IMG/VR virus record: IMGVR_UViG_3300027708_000059
Direction: 5' to 3' (one strand)
DNA length: 64,000 nt
DNA from: a virus
Positions within the stretch are counted from its first letter, which is position 1; every line of letters begins with the position of its first letter. Below are positions 28,677-37,594 of the stretch, piece after piece. A program made the position numbers and the translations under genes. Below the pieces are notes generated by a model. That model was given only the letters and a program-made list of their open reading frames with translations, did not search any database and had not been told where the DNA came from.

Positions 28677-28719
28677 TAATTTCAAATAAATATTATAAAC
28701 AATTATAAATCAATCAATT

Positions 28720-28947
28720 ATGAAAGAAAGTTTAGAAAAATTCACAGCCATTATATTTGATGGTAAAATAGACATCAATGATTTCTATCATGCTAGCTTT
28801 ACAGATAGATGTATTAGATTCCAGGGTAAAGCTAATAGTGATGTAATACATAAATACAAGGATGCAGGTTGGAAATTCACATTAGATGATAGTGCTACTA
28901 TTATAGAAGGTGATATGGATAATGTATCTTTAATATTCACATTTTAA
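28720..28947 (+). CDS. hypothetical early protein
   Basis: ORF preceded by the conserved upstream element. Confidence 0.4.
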   Translation: MKESLEKFTAIIFDGKIDINDFYHASFTDRCIRFQGKANSDVIHKYKDAGWKFTLDDSATIIEGDMDNVSLIFTF

Positions 28948-28959
28948 TATATTCCATAT

Positions 28960-29136
28960 ATGAGAAAGTATATTAATATAATAATGGGCATTGTTATGTT
29001 CATTGTTACAACAGCATTAATTGGATGTATTATATATTTCACTAATCCAACCATATTATCAATAGCACTAATATGTGTTATATCTGGAGTTGGGTATATA
29101 ATTTCTTATTTATTTATCACTGATTATTTAAATTAA
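28960..29136 (+). CDS. tiny two-TM membrane peptide (58 aa)
   Basis: MRKYINIIMGIVMFIVTTALIGCIIYF... followed by a second hydrophobic helix. Confidence 0.3.
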   Translation: MRKYINIIMGIVMFIVTTALIGCIIYFTNPTILSIALICVISGVGYIISYLFITDYLN

Positions 29137-29142
29137 ATCATT

Positions 29143-29262
29143 ATGAAAGATCATCAATTAGAAAAAGTTAAAAGAATAGAAGTGAGTATTAAGCTATTTG
29201 GCTTAATTCTCGTTCTCACATCGTTCATTTATTTATTACTTTACATTAAATTTGCAAAATAA
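29143..29262 (+). CDS. tiny single-TM peptide (39 aa)
   Basis: MKDHQLEKVKRIEVSIKLFGLILVLTSFIYLLLYIKFAK. Its stop overlaps the next ATG. Confidence 0.25.
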   Translation: MKDHQLEKVKRIEVSIKLFGLILVLTSFIYLLLYIKFAK

Positions 29263-29390
29263 TGAAAGCATTAATTATTATTTCAATATTAGCCATATTG
29301 TTTACATCATGTAGACCAACTAGAGGTTGTCCTGCATATGATAAAACATTTTGGTATAGAATGGGTGGATCTCGTCCATTTTTAAGATAG
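29262..29390 (+). CDS. tiny lipoprotein-like peptide (42 aa)
   Basis: MKALIIISILAILFTSC... (signal peptide plus Cys), followed by a T9 run. Confidence 0.3.
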   Translation: MKALIIISILAILFTSCRPTRGCPAYDKTFWYRMGGSRPFLR

Positions 29391-29488
29391 TCGTTTTTTT
29401 TTATTAGCAGTTAAAAAGGACTCTGGGTATTTCTATACCTGGAGCCATTTTTATTCATTTATTCACACACATTAAAAAATTATTAATT

Positions 29489-29626
29489 ATGAGTACAATC
29501 ACTCTTACACCAATTGAGTTTGATCTATTCAAGGACATTGCAGACTTTTATTTTGACTTCACTGTTAAAATGGGAATTGTACATGTTATAGCTAGCACAG
29601 AAATGTTAGCTAAGCTTGGATATTAA
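29489..29626 (+). CDS. small hypothetical protein (45 aa)
   Basis: ATG about 27 nt after the third copy of the TTCACACACATTAAA motif. Confidence 0.3.
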   Translation: MSTITLTPIEFDLFKDIADFYFDFTVKMGIVHVIASTEMLAKLGY

Positions 29627-29680
29627 TTCATTAAAGACTATCTTTGTATTTTACAGAGGTAGTCTTTTAAATCTTAAATT

Positions 29681-30184
29681 ATGAGTGATTTTATACCAGC
29701 TAGATTAGTACCAAAGAGCTATAAGCCTTTGAAACTAGAAAAAGGAATGTTCTTTGTTACAATAAAGAACAATGCTATTCATTTACATACACTTAATTTT
29801 GTTCCTAAGGATGTAGAATTATATACCCAATTAAATGGAATGCCTGTTGAATTATATATAGTTTATGAAGGCAATTCAAATCTTAATGAGTTTGAAATCT
29901 TAGCAACACCAGAACAAATAGGTTGGTTTGATGATGGTGATTATTCTGATGAGATATCAGATATTACAATTAGACAAATCAACATTATATTCTCTGAGCA
30001 TGAAGGATTTATAAATCTTGAATATGATATAGATGCAGATAAACCTGTATTATATGATAATAAAGTGACTATGAGATTTATAAATGACTCTGGACCTATA
30101 GATTTTGATGATTGGGAAGATTTTGATGAGGATGATCAAGATAATAATGAGAATGATTTTGAAGATAGATTAATTAACGAATAA
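29681..30184 (+). CDS. acidic early protein
   Basis: C-terminal DFDDWEDFDEDDQDNNENDFED tail. Confidence 0.5.
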   Translation: MSDFIPARLVPKSYKPLKLEKGMFFVTIKNNAIHLHTLNFVPKDVELYTQLNGMPVELYIVYEGNSNLNEFEILATPEQIGWFDDGDYSDEISDITIRQINIIFSEHEGFINLEYDIDADKPVLYDNKVTMRFINDSGPIDFDDWEDFDEDDQDNNENDFEDRLINE

Positions 30185-30195
30185 ATTTCATATAT

Positions 30196-30384
30196 ATGGA
30201 ACAATTAGAAAAAGCAATAGAGAAAGTATATTATATGTTCTTTCTAAGAAAAGAAAGAGATAACAGTAGAATAACAGGTAAGTTTAACACTGTACATCCT
30301 CCAAGAAAACCATCATACCAACAATGGTGTAGAGAATTTAATGTATCAATGCTCCATAATAGAGTGATTGTACATATGGACTAA
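30196..30384 (+). CDS. hypothetical protein
   Basis: ORF. Confidence 0.35.
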   Translation: MEQLEKAIEKVYYMFFLRKERDNSRITGKFNTVHPPRKPSYQQWCREFNVSMLHNRVIVHMD

Positions 30385-30460
30385 TTCAGGTGTGTGGATA
30401 GTAAATATGCCCTCAACATTAATTTGTTGGGGGCTTTTTATTTAACTTAAATCAATTAAA

Positions 30461-30649
30461 ATGGATAATACACAATTAAATAGGCTATTAAATGCAGCCT
30501 GCGAAATCATTATTTTGTTAGAACATCATGCTGATACATATATTGCAAATAAGATTGAAGCTTTGTTTCAAGAAATAAAATATTCAGATAACTTAGATGC
30601 TGATATGGAAGCACAAGATTGGGAAACTTTTAAAGAAAACAAAATATGA
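30461..30649 (+). CDS. hypothetical protein
   Basis: ORF overlapping the next start (ATGA). Confidence 0.35.
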   Translation: MDNTQLNRLLNAACEIIILLEHHADTYIANKIEALFQEIKYSDNLDADMEAQDWETFKENKI

Positions 30650-31044
30650 AAAAGCTAATAACATTAGTTATTACAATGGTAATAACAATAACAATTTATG
30701 CACAAGACAGTACAGTGTTAAAATCAGAAGCTCAGAAAATGTGTACTTGGAATGACACATTAAGAGATTGGAACTGTCCTGATGTTTTATACAAAGAAGT
30801 AGCAATTGTATTAAAGAATGAGGTGTTCTATGTAAATGATGAATATAATTCAAAATATAAATTGACTTCCAAGGGTGATTTAACAAAGTATGATGAGTAC
30901 AATTTAATTGTTTTCAATAATGTAATTGACAAAGATGGTGAAAGATGTGTTTTGTCTATGATTACACTTGTAAATGGTAATACGTCAATGTACATTGATT
31001 ACAAAAATAAACAATTGAGATATTTTTTCAATATCCCAAATTAA
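30646..31044 (+). CDS. secreted protein (signal peptide)
   Basis: N-terminal MKKLITLVITMVITITIYAQ. Confidence 0.45.
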   Translation: MKKLITLVITMVITITIYAQDSTVLKSEAQKMCTWNDTLRDWNCPDVLYKEVAIVLKNEVFYVNDEYNSKYKLTSKGDLTKYDEYNLIVFNNVIDKDGERCVLSMITLVNGNTSMYIDYKNKQLRYFFNIPN

Positions 31045-31074
31045 ACATTAAATCAAAATTTAAACTAGAAAGCC

Positions 31075-31629
31075 ATGGCAACAAAATTATCTTACAAAAA
31101 CGCAACAGAAAAGAAAGAAGTTAGAGATTTTTTATTCTCTTTATTTGCAAAACATCATTTTAATAAAATAGTTGGATTACCTGGTCCAGATATAAATGAT
31201 TATATATCGTTTTGTAAATCACATGGGTATAAGAAGTTTAAAATGTATGAAATGGATGCTGTTATTCTTAAGAAACAGTTAAAAAAGATTAAAACACACA
31301 GAGCATCATTAATACATGGAGACATAATCAAAGCTAATCCTAATAGAAAAGATGTACTCTATGATCTTGATTATTGCGTAACTGTTAGATATATGAAGGA
31401 ACATATTGAAAAATTCAATAATAACTTCATTATGACATTTAGCAGAAGAATCAAAGACATTGAAACTATTACATCATTCTTTCAGGCAAAAGATGAAGAG
31501 GTTATATCTATTGTTACAAAGTTCTACCCAAGAGAACATAAGATTTACAAGACAGATAAAGGAAATGAATACATATATATTAATTACAGAGATACATCTA
31601 ATATGTGTTGTATAGCTAAAATAAATTAA
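31075..31629 (+). CDS. hypothetical protein
   Basis: 184-aa ORF. Confidence 0.45.
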   Translation: MATKLSYKNATEKKEVRDFLFSLFAKHHFNKIVGLPGPDINDYISFCKSHGYKKFKMYEMDAVILKKQLKKIKTHRASLIHGDIIKANPNRKDVLYDLDYCVTVRYMKEHIEKFNNNFIMTFSRRIKDIETITSFFQAKDEEVISIVTKFYPREHKIYKTDKGNEYIYINYRDTSNMCCIAKIN

Positions 31630-31631
31630 TT

Positions 31632-32138
31632 ATGCCTACAATAGATATTCCAGATAAGATATGTTCTCATTGTGGTGGTATTAGATGGATAACTAAAAAA
31701 CAAAAATATGTTCGAAAAAATGGAAGTATTGGCGAAAGTATTGCAATGATATGTAATGTTATACAAAATGATTATGAAAAAAAATATAATGCTAAAAATT
31801 CTGATAAAAGAAAACTTGTTTATAAAAAATATCACAATAAATTAAAAGATGATTTAGAATATAAAGAAAAAAATAAAAAACGTTCAAAATTATGGCGTGC
31901 ATCTCATCCTGAAAAAAGTAAACAATCTTCTGTTTTGTTTAGATTAAATAATGAAATAAAAATTAAAAAGTGGAAAAAAGAATATAATAATAAATCTACA
32001 ACAGAATTAAATGACTATTATGTTAAAAAATTAATTAAGCAAGATACAATTTTAAATTCTAAAGATATACCACAAAAACTTATAGAATTAAAACGAAAAC
32101 AATTATTATTAACAAGAAAATCAAAACAAAATGGCTAA
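31632..32138 (+). CDS. Lys-rich zinc-finger protein
   Basis: N-terminal CSHCGG, followed by a highly basic repeat region. Confidence 0.45.
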   Translation: MPTIDIPDKICSHCGGIRWITKKQKYVRKNGSIGESIAMICNVIQNDYEKKYNAKNSDKRKLVYKKYHNKLKDDLEYKEKNKKRSKLWRASHPEKSKQSSVLFRLNNEIKIKKWKKEYNNKSTTELNDYYVKKLIKQDTILNSKDIPQKLIELKRKQLLLTRKSKQNG

Positions 32139-32376
32139 AATTAAAAAAGTACAAACAGTAATAGAAACAGCAGTAAAAACAGAATTTATTGATGATGTTA
32201 GAAGAGCATTACAAAACTTTGGAGATTCTAATGCAACATTATATAATGAAACAAAAGATCTTAAAGTGTGTCAAACAGCTATAAAAGCTTATAACTCAGC
32301 CATTAATGCTGCTAAAACACAAATTATTTACAAGAAAATTACTGGAACTCCAGCAGAAATTCCATTTTTATCATAA
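32131..32376 (+). CDS. hypothetical protein
   Basis: ORF overlapping the upstream stop. Confidence 0.4.
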   Translation: MAKIKKVQTVIETAVKTEFIDDVRRALQNFGDSNATLYNETKDLKVCQTAIKAYNSAINAAKTQIIYKKITGTPAEIPFLS

Positions 32377-32393
32377 TTAAAAACCCACACACC

Positions 32394-32606
32394 ATGGCAA
32401 CATTAGTATGGAGTAGCAAAGACTACTCAAGACATCACATTCAAGTGTCAGAAACAAATGACAATGTAAATAAGCTAATGAATAGCATATTTACTTATTC
32501 CAGGGAAAAGAGTGAGAGGATATTTGTTAGTAATAACAGATATTATTATGCTCCAAGCCCAGAATACAAAGCATTCGTAGTTAGATTTAAAGGAATTAAA
32601 AAATAA
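32394..32606 (+). CDS. hypothetical protein
   Basis: ORF. Confidence 0.35.
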   Translation: MATLVWSSKDYSRHHIQVSETNDNVNKLMNSIFTYSREKSERIFVSNNRYYYAPSPEYKAFVVRFKGIKK

Positions 32607-32612
32607 TAAAAA

Positions 32613-32987
32613 GTGAAACACAAATTTATAAAAACAGAAGATATATGGTATATTGACTTACCAGAATTTATTGAACAAGGATTAGGTACCAAAGCTAATT
32701 TAATGATGGTTGCAGGAGCAGATGTAATGTTAGACATTCTATCTAATGATGGAAATGAAATCACATTAGAATTTTCTAGTGAACCAATTGAAGGTAGCCA
32801 ACATACATTAGTCAAACAAAGATTTGGTTTAGATAAAGAACTATTAAGTAAAATAGGACATGCACCTGTAGATTATGGTGCTTATTATAACTGGAAAGAA
32901 AATAACAGTCAATCTGTTTGGTTATGTCCTGTTACAGAATATGTATTTAATGGAGCATATCCAGAAAAAATATACGTAAAAGTTTAA
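32613..32987 (+). CDS. hypothetical protein
   Basis: ORF. Confidence 0.45.
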   Translation: MKHKFIKTEDIWYIDLPEFIEQGLGTKANLMMVAGADVMLDILSNDGNEITLEFSSEPIEGSQHTLVKQRFGLDKELLSKIGHAPVDYGAYYNWKENNSQSVWLCPVTEYVFNGAYPEKIYVKV

Positions 32988-32988
32988 T

Positions 32989-33165
32989 ATGGAACTAATT
33001 TTCAATTGGTGCGTAGATGTATTAATATTCCTAGCCAATGTGCTAGGAATAACATACAAAGAGATTAATGTATGGATATTCTGTATAATAGAACCTATTG
33101 TATTTATATACATGTTAACATTAATTATTAAACAAAACAGATATATTAAAAGAATTATAAACTAA
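32989..33165 (+). CDS. tiny membrane peptide (58 aa)
   Basis: ATG one base after the upstream stop. Sequence MELIFNWCVDVLIFLANVLGITY... Coordinates +/-2. Confidence 0.3.
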   Translation: MELIFNWCVDVLIFLANVLGITYKEINVWIFCIIEPIVFIYMLTLIIKQNRYIKRIIN

Positions 33166-33469
33166 TCACAACCTGTCGTGATCCAAATCTTAATTAGATC
33201 ATTTGCCCTTGCACCCTTGTCTCAGGGTTGGGATAAACATAGATTACTTGACTTTCTTCTTCTAATTAAGATGTATGAGGTCTTTTTAAAGATAAAGTAA
33301 TCAGGGAGGTTTCTCTGTACCAGAACAGAAGCTTATTGATCATTGTTTATAGGTCTTTAGTTGGTTCTACCCTAACTATTGATCTATAAATGATGATTTA
33401 TTGATTGATAAATTATGGCTGATATGGCGGATATATGGCGGATTAAAATCATTTTGTTGACATCACCAA

Positions 33470-33502
33470 TATGATGAAATATAGTTGTATATTTGTCAAA
33501 TT
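33470..33502 (+). promoter_or_regulatory. promoter-like element (TTGACA-17 nt-TATAGT, then TATATTTG)
   Basis: Read directly in the sequence. Its function is uncertain in a Bacteroidota context. Confidence 0.3.
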
Positions 33503-33599
33503 CAGTAGTATGACTACTGATATATGAGAAAAAGTAAACCAATAGCTTTACCAATAGGTATGTTTAGTAAAGATATAGCTTTACATATTATGAGCTATT

Positions 33600-33880
33600 T
33601 AGTTTACATAATAAATGATTAATCCACCAAAAAGTGCCTTATATGACACATTATGATGTATTTATGCGACATTTAAGACACATTATCATACCAAAAAGTG
33701 CATTATACGACACTTTAAGCAACATAAAAATTAGAAATATAAATCTAAAAACATAAAAATTAGGCGCAAAAGAATATAAATAGGAGCAAATTAGAAATAT
33801 ATATCTAAAAGTATACGCAATAGGGTATAAATAGACAGAATATTAAGAATTTATATGCTAAAGGGTATAAACCGTTCCAA
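33600..33880. repeat. iteron-like direct repeat cluster
   Basis: CCAAAAAGTGC(C/A)TTATA(T/C)GACAC occurs twice, GACACATTAT twice, TTAGAAATATA(A/T)ATCTAAAA twice, and GGGTATAAA twice. No ORF spans the region. Confidence 0.5.
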
Positions 33881-33908
33881 TTTGTCACACCTTCAAATAA
33901 ATTAAATT

Positions 33909-34142
33909 ATGGATCATCCAGTAACAATATTAAGAAATAGATTAATTAAAATAGGTATAACCATTGAAATGGTTAGTAACTATCCATGGATATACTTAGA
34001 TAAGGTTAATGGTAATGTAGTGAAGGAAAAATACTTTGCTAATCATGGCTTTACAATAGGATTTAATCCTGCAAAAGTGGGAGATGTATTTAGTTACACT
34101 GATCTTAAAGAAATATTTAAAATTATTAGAAAATATAAATAA
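33909..34142 (+). CDS. hypothetical protein
   Basis: ORF immediately after the repeat region. Confidence 0.4.
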   Translation: MDHPVTILRNRLIKIGITIEMVSNYPWIYLDKVNGNVVKEKYFANHGFTIGFNPAKVGDVFSYTDLKEIFKIIRKYK

Positions 34143-34144
34143 TT

Positions 34145-34348
34145 ATGGCGGACATAACAAAATGCTTCGGAGAAGAAGATGAAATCATCTGCCCTTATAG
34201 AGACCGTTGTTACAGATTTACAGCAAAAGCTGATGAATATCAAAGTTACTTTCAAGGGATGCCACTTAAAAATGATAAATGCGACCACTATTGGGGAGAT
34301 GGTGGAGAAAATATCTGGAATCAATCAACAGAAATAGAAACATTATGA
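34145..34348 (+). CDS. Cys-rich small protein
   Basis: C..C...C and CDHYW cysteine pattern. Confidence 0.4.
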   Translation: MADITKCFGEEDEIICPYRDRCYRFTAKADEYQSYFQGMPLKNDKCDHYWGDGGENIWNQSTEIETL

Positions 34349-34536
34349 CATCAAAAGAAAAAGCAGAACAATTATGGGGTAAATATTTCCAATTAAATTA
34401 TGATTGGGATGGAGGGACAAAGGACCAATGGGCAAAAGAAGGTGCATTAATAGCAGTAGATGAGATATTGTATAATTGTTATGAAGTTATGAAACCATTT
34501 TGGGAAGAAGTTAAAAAAGAAATAGAATTATTATGA
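34345..34536 (+). CDS. hypothetical protein
   Basis: An internal ATG of the 34279 ORF overlaps the upstream stop (ATGA). Confidence 0.4.
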   Translation: MTSKEKAEQLWGKYFQLNYDWDGGTKDQWAKEGALIAVDEILYNCYEVMKPFWEEVKKEIELL

Positions 34537-34751
34537 TAGTACAAACAATACATGAAATCCTTAATCCTTTTGATGTAGAAACACCATTGGGATATGGTGT
34601 GGCAATATTTATGATCGCAGGTTCTATTCATTCCAATCCACAATTTATCATCAGGCTGTATAATACAGGTGAAGTTAGAACAGTGGATCAAAATGATATT
34701 AAAATTTACGGTAATCCTACAACTGGAGAACCATTAACACCTAAAAAATAA
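34533..34751 (+). CDS. hypothetical protein
   Basis: ORF with ATGA overlap. Confidence 0.4.
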   Translation: MIVQTIHEILNPFDVETPLGYGVAIFMIAGSIHSNPQFIIRLYNTGEVRTVDQNDIKIYGNPTTGEPLTPKK

Positions 34752-34753
34752 TC

Positions 34754-34954
34754 ATGACTATATTTGAAGTTTCAGTAAAACTAGAATTAATAGACAAATC
34801 TGATAATCATCACAGTTTTGCACGTACATTCACTTCTAATGAAGGTTTTTACGAGTGTTGGGAACAAATAGATATATTTAGAAACAGCAAGTTTGCTGAA
34901 CAACCAACAATAACACATGTGCTTAACACCGCATCATTAGATGTAATATATTAA
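34754..34954 (+). CDS. hypothetical protein
   Basis: ORF. Confidence 0.4.
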   Translation: MTIFEVSVKLELIDKSDNHHSFARTFTSNEGFYECWEQIDIFRNSKFAEQPTITHVLNTASLDVIY

Positions 34955-34960
34955 AAAATT

Positions 34961-35182
34961 ATGAAAACACCAATGGAATTAGCTCTATCTAGAATAGAAT
35001 TAATGAAAGATATTAAACCAGATAGTATACATTGGCAAATGTTTAAGGACAATTACATATACATGGAAAAGCTAATGATGGTGGATAAACAAATAGAACT
35101 GTATAATCAATTAAACACATTAGGCTTGTTATTACCAAATTCAATTGGTTTTGAACTAGCAGAATTAAAAAACAAATTATGA
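34961..35182 (+). CDS. hypothetical protein
   Basis: ORF. Confidence 0.4.
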   Translation: MKTPMELALSRIELMKDIKPDSIHWQMFKDNYIYMEKLMMVDKQIELYNQLNTLGLLLPNSIGFELAELKNKL

Positions 35183-35373
35183 GAAATGAAGAATTATACG
35201 AATATGTATTCCATTTTAATCCATATAATGAATTATGGAGTGCAATACCTAGAGACATCTACCAACAATATTTTAACAATAATGAGATGGATGGGGTATT
35301 AAAATCAAAAGAATTAACAACATTGTTTTCTTTAATAGGAAAAGGTGCTACCTTTGTAAACTCAATTAGATAA
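35179..35373 (+). CDS. hypothetical protein
   Basis: ORF with ATGA overlap. Confidence 0.4.
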   Translation: MRNEELYEYVFHFNPYNELWSAIPRDIYQQYFNNNEMDGVLKSKELTTLFSLIGKGATFVNSIR

Positions 35374-35380
35374 TACAGTT

Positions 35381-35638
35381 ATGGAAAATCGAGTTGGTTT
35401 AAGAAGCAATACATCAAACTATCAGAAATTATTGAGAGTTATAGCATTTGGAAAACATAACTTAGATATATCCAATAGTAAAACCCTTAAATATTTATAT
35501 ATAGGTAAAACTTATTATTTATTACGTTCAGGAGAAATAATGATTAAACGTGAATGGCATGAAAAAGGAAATCCAGAATATATAGTGTGTGGATTACATG
35601 AAGAATGTGTTGCTACTAAAAAAAGACTTAAAAAATAA
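35381..35638 (+). CDS. hypothetical protein
   Basis: ORF. Confidence 0.4.
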   Translation: MENRVGLRSNTSNYQKLLRVIAFGKHNLDISNSKTLKYLYIGKTYYLLRSGEIMIKREWHEKGNPEYIVCGLHEECVATKKRLKK

Positions 35639-35641
35639 TAT

Positions 35642-37594
35642 ATGAAAGTTTATATCTATGACATAGAAACTATGCAGGAGTTATTCCTAATAGGCTTATT
35701 TGATCCAGAGACAAAAGAATATCAAGAGTTTGAAATAAGTAGATGGAATAATTCACTTGACAGGTTCATTAAGTTCATAGAGAATAAAGATGAATATTAT
35801 TGGGTGGGCTATAACAATCTACGTTTTGACAGTCAGGTGATTGAATATGTTATTAAGAATTATGATGATTGGCATCATCTATCTGGTCTTGAAATATGTG
35901 CTAAAATTGCACAGAAAGCAGCAGATGTGATTCATGATGCTAATTATGATGTATTTCCTGAATACAGGGAACATGAACTCTCATTGAAACAATTAGATTT
36001 ATTTAAAATAAACCATTTCGATAATAAGAATCGTATGGTGAGCTTAAAAAGATTGGAGTTTGAGATGGATCTTGAGAACATTGAAGAGATGCCCATTCAT
36101 CATCAAAAAATTGATATGTCGAAAAAAGACATAATTCTCACCATGAACTATTGTAGAAATGATGTAATGGCTACTTATGAGTTCTATAAGATAACTACAG
36201 GTGATACAGAGCATCCTTTGTATAAAGGAAATAATCAGATACAGCTCAGAATGGATATAAAGGAAGAATTTGGTATTAACTGTCTTAATTATTCTGACAG
36301 TAAAATTGGTGATGAGATGATTAAGAAGTATTATTGCCAAGAGAAGGGTATAGAATATGCACAGCTACCAAAGAAAGGTTATTTTAGAACAGAAATCAAT
36401 GTAAAGAATTGTATTGCCAGTTATGTAGAATTTAAAACACCACAGCTAAAAGAGTTCCTCAAGAAGATTAAAGCCATTAAACTAAAGCTGTTAGATGATT
36501 TTAAAGAGAGTGTAGTGTTTTATGATAACACCTATTCATTCATGAAGGGTGGTTTGCATACAGAGAATAGTCCAAAGATATTTGAAGCTGATGATGAATA
36601 TGAAATCATTGATTGGGATGTATCTTCTTATTATCCTGCGATCATCATTAACAATGAGAAATATCCACAACATCTAGGTAAAGATTTTCTTAGAGGATAT
36701 AAGCAAATGTTTGATAAGAGACTAGAACTAAAGCCTTTAGCTAAGACAGATAAGAAGATTAAAGGGATTGTTGGTGCTCTTAAGCTCGCTGTTAACTCTG
36801 TTTATGGTAAAAGTTCTGACATGCAGAATTGGATATATGATAGACAACTAACTATGTTTACCACCATAACTGGTGAACTATCACTAATGATGTTAATTGA
36901 AGCATATGAACTTAGAGGTATACATGTTATATCTGCTAATACAGATGGTGTAACACTGAGAGTTAAGAAATGTGATCTTGAACTAATGAAAGCTATTAAC
37001 AATTGGTGGATGGACCTCACTAGTTATGAGTTAGAACGCACTGATTATAAGAAGATTATATTTTCAACAGTTAATGATTACCTAGCAATTAAAACAGATG
37101 GAGAAGTTAAAAAGAAAGGAGATTTCCTCACAGATTTCGAATTACATAAGAACAAAAGTGCTAGAATTGTACCATTGGCACTTGAACAATATTATATTCA
37201 CGATATACCTGTTGACATTACTATTAGCAGTCATAATAATATCTTTGACTTCTGCCTAAGACAAAAAGCAAGTAGGGATTTTCATTATGAAGGGCACACT
37301 AAGAATGGTAAAACAGTGTATAATAAGCTTATTCGTTATTATGTCTCTAATACAGGAGAGAAACTAATGAAGGTAAAGAATGATAGCTGTACAACAAATG
37401 CTGCTCCTATTAGTCAAGTTGAAGCTGGTGAATGGGTAATGACCGTATGTAATCATCTTACAAAGGATCATCCTCTATCTAATATCAATTATGAGTATTA
37501 TATAGAGAAAGCAAATAGAATCATACATAAGATACAGCTAGAAGGTAAGAAAAGAAAAGTCAATATTGACAAAAACCAATTAACATTATTCTAA
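35642..37594 (+). CDS. family B DNA polymerase with 3'-5' exonuclease domain
   Basis: Exo I YIYDIET, Exo II GYNNLRFD, Exo III YCRND. Pol motif A DVSSYYPA, motif B KLAVNSVYGK, motif C ISANTDGV. Confidence 0.8.
   Translation: MKVYIYDIETMQELFLIGLFDPETKEYQEFEISRWNNSLDRFIKFIENKDEYYWVGYNNLRFDSQVIEYVIKNYDDWHHLSGLEICAKIAQKAADVIHDANYDVFPEYREHELSLKQLDLFKINHFDNKNRMVSLKRLEFEMDLENIEEMPIHHQKIDMSKKDIILTMNYCRNDVMATYEFYKITTGDTEHPLYKGNNQIQLRMDIKEEFGINCLNYSDSKIGDEMIKKYYCQEKGIEYAQLPKKGYFRTEINVKNCIASYVEFKTPQLKEFLKKIKAIKLKLLDDFKESVVFYDNTYSFMKGGLHTENSPKIFEADDEYEIIDWDVSSYYPAIIINNEKYPQHLGKDFLRGYKQMFDKRLELKPLAKTDKKIKGIVGALKLAVNSVYGKSSDMQNWIYDRQLTMFTTITGELSLMMLIEAYELRGIHVISANTDGVTLRVKKCDLELMKAINNWWMDLTSYELERTDYKKIIFSTVNDYLAIKTDGEVKKKGDFLTDFELHKNKSARIVPLALEQYYIHDIPVDITISSHNNIFDFCLRQKASRDFHYEGHTKNGKTVYNKLIRYYVSNTGEKLMKVKNDSCTTNAAPISQVEAGEWVMTVCNHLTKDHPLSNINYEYYIEKANRIIHKIQLEGKKRKVNIDKNQLTLF

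Noticed and set aside
33470-33502. Perfect sigma-70 style promoter TTGACA-17-TATAGT as the evidence for a Proteobacterial host
   Set aside because: It is a single occurrence. The rest of the genome lacks Shine-Dalgarno sequences and shows Bacteroidota-type signals. It is kept only as a regulatory candidate.
33600-33880. Possible CRISPR array
   Set aside because: The repeats are of several different kinds, imperfect and irregularly spaced. There are no cas genes, and the spacing is not uniform. It looks like an iteron or operator cluster instead.
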